Shown: piece after piece, positions 58,085 to 64,000 of the stretch | Layout: every line of letters begins with the position of its first letter | Position numbering within the stretch: position 1 is the stretch's first letter | NCBI GenBank assembly: GCA_963662335.2 | Contig: CAXXVD010000001.1 | Coordinates: forward strand, 128,001 to 192,000 | Direction of reading: 5' to 3' | Length of the DNA stretch: 64,000 nucleotides | Source of the DNA: Chloroflexota bacterium | GTDB taxonomy: Bacteria > Chloroflexota > UBA11872 > VXOZ01 | Program-made: the position numbers and the translations under genes | Notes under the pieces: generated by a model | Told to the model about the DNA's origin: nothing | What the model saw: only the letters and a program-made list of their open reading frames with translations | Databases searched by the model: none

Positions 58085-60133
58085 TTAGCACTTTTCCCCG
58101 CGCCGAATTCCGGCGCTGGCGCCGCGTCTACGGCCCGCAGCCGTGCCGGCGCCTTGCGGCCTCGTTTCCGGCGCGCGCCGGTGCACGTGCACCATCAACA
58201 CCGCCACGTCCGCCGGTGTCACGCCCGCGATGCGCGCCGCCTGTCCCAACGTGCGCGGTTGGAATTGCGCCAGTTTCTGCCGCGCCTCCACACGGAGGGA
58301 GGGCAAACGGTCGTAGTCCACGTCTACCGGCAAGGGGGTGGATTCCATGCGCGCCAGTTTGCGCACCTGGGCCTGCTGGCGTTCCACGTAGCCCGCGTAG
58401 CGCGCCTCAAGTTCGACCTGCGCCACAACCTCCGGTTCCAGCGCCGCCACCTGTTCATCCATGAGTCCCGCCACCACCGCGTAGCGTGCGTGGGGCCGCT
58501 GCAGCAGGCTCAGCGCCTGCGTCCGGCCGCGGATTGGCTGCACGCCGGCCTCCGCCAAGACACGGTTCGTGCGCGGCGATGGGGTAAGCCAAAGGCTGCG
58601 CAGACGCTCCAACGTGCGCTCTATCTGCTCGCCCTTCGCCATCACGCGCGCATATCGCTCCCGGCTGATCAGGCCGACCTCGTAGCCCAAGGGCGTTAGG
58701 CGCAGGTCGGCGTTGTCGTGCCGCAGCAGCAGCCGGTACTCCGCGCGGGACGTGAACAGGCGGTAGGGTTCCCGGTGCTCCTGGCTCACCAGATCGTCCA
58801 GCATGACGCCGATGTAGGCTTGGTCGCGCCTGAGCACGAGGGGCGGCTTCTCCCGCGCGCGCCGCGCGGCGTTGATGCCGGCGATGAGGCCCTGCGCCGC
58901 CGCTTCCTCATAGCCCGAGGTGCCGTTGATCTGTCCGGCAAAGTAGAGGCCGGCCACCGCTTTCGCCTCCAGTGTCACCGCGGTCTGGTCGGTGATCACG
59001 TGGTCGTACTCCACGGCGTAGCCGTGGCGCGCGATCTCGGCGCGGCGCAGCGCGGGGATGGTGCGCAGCATTGCCGCCTGCACGTCTTCCGGCAGGCTGG
59101 TATTCGCGCCCTGCACGTACACCTCATGCGTGGTGAAGCCCTCCGGCTCCAGGAAGAGTTGGTGGGAATCCTTGTGGCCGAAGCGCACGACCTTGTCCTC
59201 GATGGAGGGACAGTAGCGCGGCCCGGCGCCCGTGATGGCGCCGTTGAACATAGGCGCGCGGTGGAGATTCTCGCGTATGACGGCGTGGGTAGCCGGGTTG
59301 GTATGCGTCAAGTAGCAGACCATCTGCCGCCGCCAGGGTGTTTCGGTCTGAAACGGGTAGACCGGGTCCGGCTCATCACGCCAGATTTCTTCTTCATCGA
59401 TGGGAAGGAAAGAAAAACGCAGCGGCTGCGGTGAACCGGGTTGCGGCGTGGTGAGCGCAAAGTCGATGCTCTCGGCCAGGACGCGCGGCGGCGTGCCGGT
59501 CTTCAGGCGGCGCAAGCGAAATCCCAGTCGCCGCAATGCACGCGAGAGGCCCTGCGCCGGCGCTTCGCCCGCGCGCCCGCCACCGACGCGCTTCTCGCCC
59601 GTGATCAGGATGCCCTGCAAGAAGGTGCCGGTGGTGAGCACGACGGTCTGGGCGCGGAACGTGTCCCCGGCTTGGGTTCGCACCCCGGTGATTTGTCGGC
59701 GGCCGCCGGACGTCTCGCGCGTGGCCAGGTCGTCAACCAAACCGTCGTGGATGGTCAGGTTTGCTTGGTTCTCCAGCGCCTGGCGCATGGAGCGCGCGTA
59801 GAGATGCTTGTCGCACTGGGCGCGCAGCGCCTGTACCGCCGGCCCCTTGCTGCTGTTCAGCAGGCGGATCTGAATCAAAGTGCGGTCGGTATTGCGGCCC
59901 ATCTCGCCGCCCAGGGCGTCGATCTCCCGCACCAGGTGACCCTTGGCCGGGCCGCCAATCGAGGGATTGCAGGGCATGAAGGCGATGCGGTCCCGGTCGC
60001 CGGTCACGACCAACGTCGCACACCCCATGCGCGCCGCCGCCAAGGCCGCCTCGCAGCCGGCGTGGCCCGCGCCCACCACAATCACGTCGTAGCGCGTTTG
60101 CGTGTGCCCTCCCGGGCGCGCATGTTCGTCCAT
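58085..60133 (-). CDS. mnmG: tRNA uridine 5-carboxymethylaminomethyl modification enzyme MnmG (GidA)
   Basis: [65 protein letters not shown]. Confidence 0.97.
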   Translation of the reverse strand: MDEHARPGGHTQTRYDVIVVGAGHAGCEAALAAARMGCATLVVTGDRDRIAFMPCNPSIGGPAKGHLVREIDALGGEMGRNTDRTLIQIRLLNSSKGPAVQALRAQCDKHLYARSMRQALENQANLTIHDGLVDDLATRETSGGRRQITGVRTQAGDTFRAQTVVLTTGTFLQGILITGEKRVGGGRAGEAPAQGLSRALRRLGFRLRRLKTGTPPRVLAESIDFALTTPQPGSPQPLRFSFLPIDEEEIWRDEPDPVYPFQTETPWRRQMVCYLTHTNPATHAVIRENLHRAPMFNGAITGAGPRYCPSIEDKVVRFGHKDSHQLFLEPEGFTTHEVYVQGANTSLPEDVQAAMLRTIPALRRAEIARHGYAVEYDHVITDQTAVTLEAKAVAGLYFAGQINGTSGYEEAAAQGLIAGINAARRAREKPPLVLRRDQAYIGVMLDDLVSQEHREPYRLFTSRAEYRLLLRHDNADLRLTPLGYEVGLISRERYARVMAKGEQIERTLERLRSLWLTPSPRTNRVLAEAGVQPIRGRTQALSLLQRPHARYAVVAGLMDEQVAALEPEVVAQVELEARYAGYVERQQAQVRKLARMESTPLPVDVDYDRLPSLRVEARQKLAQFQPRTLGQAARIAGVTPADVAVLMVHVHRRAPETRPQGAGTAAGRRRGASAGIRRGEKC

Positions 60134-60193
60134 AGATTTTTTCCGTAAGCCCGCTTCGCGCGCGGCGCAAGGAGTGCGAAACCGGTTCCCGCG

Positions 60194-60823
60194 CTAGAGG
60201 GCGCGCAACGCGCGCGCGGCGGCTTCCACGTCCGCAGCCCCCACAACCGCAGAGACCACCGCAATGCCGTCCGCCCCCGCGGCCAACACGGCCGCCGCGT
60301 TCTCCGCCGTAATGCCGCCAATGCCCACCAGCGGAATGCCGGGCGCGGCCTGCCGCAGCGCGCCGAGAATCGCCGGCCCTACGGCCGCGCCCGCGTCGCG
60401 CTTCGTGCGCGTGGCATACATCGGCCCCACGCCCACGTAGTCCGGCTGCCCGGGCACGACGTCCCGCAACTCCTGGAGATTGCCTGCCGACGCGCCGATG
60501 ATGGCGCTCTCGCCCAGCAGTTTGCGGGCCGCCGGAAGCGGCAGGTCGTCCTGGCCCAGATGTACGCCGTCCGCGCCGCACGCCCAGGCAATGTCCACCC
60601 GGTCGTTGACGATGAAAGGCACGCGGGCCGCGCGGCAAAGCGCCGCCAGCGCCTCCGCCGCGGCCAGCAGGGCCCGGTCCGGCGAGCGCTTGTCACGCAA
60701 TTGCAGCATGGTCGCGCCGCCGGCGAGCGCCTGGCGCGCAACTTCCAGCAGAGGGCGCTCGCCCGCGACTGCCGGATCGAGCACCACGTAGAGGCGAAGG
60801 TCGAATGGGCGCTTACTGCTCAT
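60194..60823 (-). CDS. thiE: Thiamine-phosphate synthase
   Basis: LQLRDK, IVNDRVD, GVHLGQDD, T.TK, IGGI, AVVSA. Confidence 0.95.
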   Translation of the reverse strand: MSSKRPFDLRLYVVLDPAVAGERPLLEVARQALAGGATMLQLRDKRSPDRALLAAAEALAALCRAARVPFIVNDRVDIAWACGADGVHLGQDDLPLPAARKLLGESAIIGASAGNLQELRDVVPGQPDYVGVGPMYATRTKRDAGAAVGPAILGALRQAAPGIPLVGIGGITAENAAAVLAAGADGIAVVSAVVGAADVEAAARALRAL

Positions 60824-61047
60824 GGGTGGCGGAGCCGGCGCGCGGGCATCTCTCGTTGCACTACGTTGCGCCGCGCCGTGCCCGTAGCTTGCAGTATAGC
60901 ACTCTCGGCGGGGCGGGAGCGCCGCGCCGCTCACATACGAAAAGACGGCGCATTCGTCAATCGTTTCGTTGTGGACGCGTAGTCGATGTGCTACACTAAT
61001 GTGAACGCGGCGGGATGCCTGGTTGCGGAAAGCGGCAAAGCAAGCGT

Positions 61048-61824
61048 ATGGCTCTCACAATCGCCTGTGCCAACCAGAAGGGCGGGGTTGGCAAGACGAC
61101 GACGACTGCCAACCTGAGCGCGACACTCGCACGGATGGGTAAGCGCGTACTGGCGGTTGACATGGACGCCCAGGCCAATCTAACCGCCCACTTCGGCATG
61201 GAGCGCGAATTGCAAGCATCCGTCGCAAGCGCTCTGCGCGAGCGCCAGGCGGACCTCGCCATCTACCGCGTCGAGGATGATAGAGGCGCGTCGGTAGACG
61301 TCGTGCCCGCGTCATTAGAGCTTGCCAGCGTGGAGTTTCAACTGACGGCCGTCATTGGCCGCGAACTGCGCTTGCGCGAACACCTGGCCCGCGTCCAGGA
61401 TCACTATGACTTCATCTTCGTCGATACGCCTCCCTCGCTCGGTCTGCTCACCGTGAACGCGCTGGTGGCGGCAGACCGCGTGATCATTCCCACCGAAGCC
61501 CGCTTCTTCTCCCTCCAGGGTTTGTACATGCTGGAGGAGACTATCGCGGAGGTGACGTCGCTGAACCCGAAGCTCGAGATACTCGGCGTGCTGCTGAGCA
61601 AGTACGATCGCCGGCTCCGCGAAGAACAGGCGGTGTGGCAGTACCTTCACGAGCGGTGGGGCGACCGCGTCTTTACCACGGAGATCGGCATAAACAGCAA
61701 GATCCTGGAAGCCGCGTCGGCCGGCGTCTCGGTGGTTTCCTACAGCGGCGCCAGAAAAGCGGTGGATACGTATCAACTGCTAGCCAGAGAGGTGTTGGAC
61801 CGTGTCGAAGAGGCCCGGCTTTGA
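61048..61824 (+). CDS. ParA/Soj-family ATPase (orphan, no parB in window)
   Basis: Deviant Walker A NQKGGVGKTT, DMDAQAN, DTPPSLG, NAL. Confidence 0.93.
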   Translation: MALTIACANQKGGVGKTTTTANLSATLARMGKRVLAVDMDAQANLTAHFGMERELQASVASALRERQADLAIYRVEDDRGASVDVVPASLELASVEFQLTAVIGRELRLREHLARVQDHYDFIFVDTPPSLGLLTVNALVAADRVIIPTEARFFSLQGLYMLEETIAEVTSLNPKLEILGVLLSKYDRRLREEQAVWQYLHERWGDRVFTTEIGINSKILEAASAGVSVVSYSGARKAVDTYQLLAREVLDRVEEARL

Positions 61825-62977
61825 TCCGGAACGGTTGGATAATATGGAAGGCGCCAACCGGCCGCGGCCGGTAGTGCCGGAGATGGTCGCGGCCGGCTCG
61901 CGGTCCCGCGAAACGCGCGGTCTGATACAGATTCGCATCATTGGCGTTGGCGGCGGCGGCAGCAACGCCGTGGACTGCATGATCGAAGCCGAGGTAGCCG
62001 GCGCCGCCTATGCCGCCGTCAATACGGACGCCCAGGCGCTGGAGTTCTCCAGCGCGCCGGAGAAACTCGCCATCGGCAAACGCCTCACCGGCCTGCGCGG
62101 CACCGGCGGCGACCCTGAGCTTGGCCGCCGCGCCGCGGAAGAAAGCGTGCAGGACATCGAGCGCCTGGTGGAAGGCGCCGACATGGTCTTCGTCACCGCC
62201 GGCATGGGCGGCGGCACCGGCACCGGCGCCGCTCCCGTCGTGGCCGAAACCGCGAAGCGCTACGGCGCCCTGACGGTAGGCGTCGTCACGCTGCCGTTCA
62301 TCTTCGAAGGCCGCCCGCGCCAACGGAGCGCAGCCGCCGGCATGGAAGAACTCCAGCGCAGCGTGGACACGCTCATCGTCATCCATAACGACCGCCTGCT
62401 CGCTGCCGTGCCCGCCTCAGCGCCCATCAAGGAAGCCTTCACGCTGGCAAATGAGATGCTGCTGAACGGCGTGCGCTCCATCGCCGAACTCGTCACCACC
62501 ACCGGCATCATCAACGTGGACTTTGCCGACGTGCGGTCGGTCATGAAAGACGCCGGCACGGCCATGATGGGCGTGGGCATCGGCTCCGGCGAAAACCGCA
62601 TGTTGCTGGCCGTGGAAGAAGCCATGCAAGACCCGCTCTCCGACATGCCCATGCGCGGCGCCCGCGGCGTGCTGATGAACTTCCGCGGCGGCCCCGACAT
62701 GACCATCCAGGAGATCAACGCCGCCGCGGAAGTGGTCAGCGCCACGGTGGACGAAGAAGCCAACATCATCTTTGGCGCGGCGGTCGACCCGGCGAATCAA
62801 GAAGAGGTGCAGGTGACGCTGATTGCAACCGGCCTCACCGCCGAACGCTCCCAGCGCGCCAGCCCCCGGCGCCAGTTGCAAGACGATGAACCCTCCGTCG
62901 AGCCGGTAGGCAAGCAGCCGGACGACCTGGACCTGCCGGCGTTCCTGCGCCGCCGCCAACGCAATCAACCCCAGTAA
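61802..62977 (+). CDS. ftsZ: Cell division protein FtsZ
   Basis: [28 protein letters not shown]7 loop NVDFADV, C-terminal [10 protein letters not shown]; start uncertain (61802, 61844 or 61883). Confidence 0.95.
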   Translation: MSKRPGFDPERLDNMEGANRPRPVVPEMVAAGSRSRETRGLIQIRIIGVGGGGSNAVDCMIEAEVAGAAYAAVNTDAQALEFSSAPEKLAIGKRLTGLRGTGGDPELGRRAAEESVQDIERLVEGADMVFVTAGMGGGTGTGAAPVVAETAKRYGALTVGVVTLPFIFEGRPRQRSAAAGMEELQRSVDTLIVIHNDRLLAAVPASAPIKEAFTLANEMLLNGVRSIAELVTTTGIINVDFADVRSVMKDAGTAMMGVGIGSGENRMLLAVEEAMQDPLSDMPMRGARGVLMNFRGGPDMTIQEINAAAEVVSATVDEEANIIFGAAVDPANQEEVQVTLIATGLTAERSQRASPRRQLQDDEPSVEPVGKQPDDLDLPAFLRRRQRNQPQ

Positions 62978-63154
62978 CGCAACCGCCACGCCTCCGGCAA
63001 GACCCCTACACGAACGCCCCGCCCGCTTCGCGCAGGTTGTTGCGCGAACTTTGCGGTTTCCTTCCCCGGCGGCGGACGCGGCAAAACCCCGGCCGGCAGG
63101 CGCAATGGCCCCCCCCTCTACCCGGGCAATGCCGACCCCATCTCCAGAATCGGG

Positions 63155-63961
63155 TCAATCATCCGGCTTCGCCGCCCGTATAGAGAACATCTGCGGGATT
63201 GAGTCATTCTTCTCCGGGAACCGCCACCAGCCGTCCTCGCCTTGCGCCATCATGGGCAGCGCCTGATAGTGGCAGAAGGGAAACTCGTGGAGGAACTCGA
63301 TTCTCAATCCGGAGCCGGCTAAGGCCGTGACGATCTCACCCAGGCTGTGCTGCCACTCATAGTTGGGACTCGCGATGTGCTCGTTACCGGCATAGGACGG
63401 CTCATCGCCCGCAAGGTACAACTCTTCGCGAAAGTAACTGTAGTGTGGGCGGGCTTCGCCACTGGCGGAGGGCTCCAACGTTGCCAGCGCCGGGTGGAAT
63501 TCCACCATGTAAAACGTGCCGCCCGGTTTGAGAAAACGGCAAACCACCTCGGCCCAGCGGTCGAGGTCCGGCAACCAGCACAAGACGCCGTACGACGTGA
63601 ACACGATGTCGAATTCTTCAGCGAGGACGTGCGGCAGGTCGTACACGTTGGAACGGATGAAGCGCGCGTCCGTGCCGGCTTCGGAATTCAGCGCCCGCGC
63701 AAGCGCTATTGCTTCATCGGAGAAAGTCCACGCCGGTCGCCCGCGCGCCCAGCCGCGCCCACGACATGGTGTCCAGCCCAAAGTGGCATTGCAGAGTGGA
63801 GCAGCGTCTTGCCGGAAACGTCGCCAACCTCTTCCCGCTCAATGGCTTTGAGAGTGTATCCGGCCCGCCTTGAAGCCCGCCACGTCGTAGAAGTCGGAAG
63901 CAGCGTGGACGGGCGTGCGCTCATTCCAGTTGACGCGGTTCGTTTCGAGTCGTTTATCCAT
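63155..63961 (-). CDS. Class I SAM-dependent methyltransferase with three apparent frameshifts
   Basis: Pieces MDKRLETNRVNWNER..FYDV, TLKAIEREEVGDVSGKTLLH, LQCHFGLDTMSWARLGA and FSDEAI..FDIVFTSYGVLCWLPDL..LKPGG require three frame changes between consecutive pieces. Confidence 0.8.
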
Positions 63962-64000
63962 TGTACGACTCCAAGACGTAGATTCCCACGCAAGCGGGAA

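Noticed and set aside
60824-61047. TPP riboswitch upstream of thiE
   Set aside because: The CUGAGA and CCUGA..UAA..GCG.AGGGA consensus elements are absent.
57700-61050. Replication origin near mnmG and parA
   Set aside because: No TTATCCACA box cluster, extended AT-rich unwinding region, dnaA, rsmG or parB was seen.
63700-63961. Programmed frameshifting in the terminal methyltransferase
   Set aside because: Three separate single-base insertions within about 150 bp with no slippery motif point to sequencing error or decay.

Overview
High-GC bacterial chromosomal segment. The gene content suggests Chloroflexota, possibly a sponge-associated lineage (NHL- and ankyrin-repeat proteins, three PaREP1 paralogues, expanded catabolic enzyme families); this is inference only. 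Housekeeping genes are leuS, purE-purK, rplY, mnmG, thiE, ftsZ and a moaB/mogA-like gene. They are mixed with many catabolic or uncharacterised enzymes (KdgD/DapA, GMC, PhyH, two class III and one class V aminotransferase, enolase superfamily, three tandem Ldh_2 dehydrogenases) and lipoproteins. No rRNA, tRNA, CRISPR array or intact transposase was seen. Most notable signals: (1) a thioredoxin-fold selenoprotein (UxxC, in-frame TGA plus a bSECIS-like hairpin) that the ORF track splits in two; (2) an orphan ParA overlapping an ftsZ outside any dcw cluster; (3) a proteasome-beta-like Ntn hydrolase with a small coupled ORF on a low-GC islet; (4) two tandem lipoproteins made only of 3-4 Cache domains; (5) a TatB fused to a Cys-containing domain; (6) an Lnt-like protein with the catalytic Cys replaced by Ala; (7) two families of about 160-bp MITE-like elements that carry REP palindromes and insert into other REP palindromes; (8) two tandem promoters facing a non-coding structured region next to mnmG. 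All family calls come from motif recognition by eye; no searches were run.
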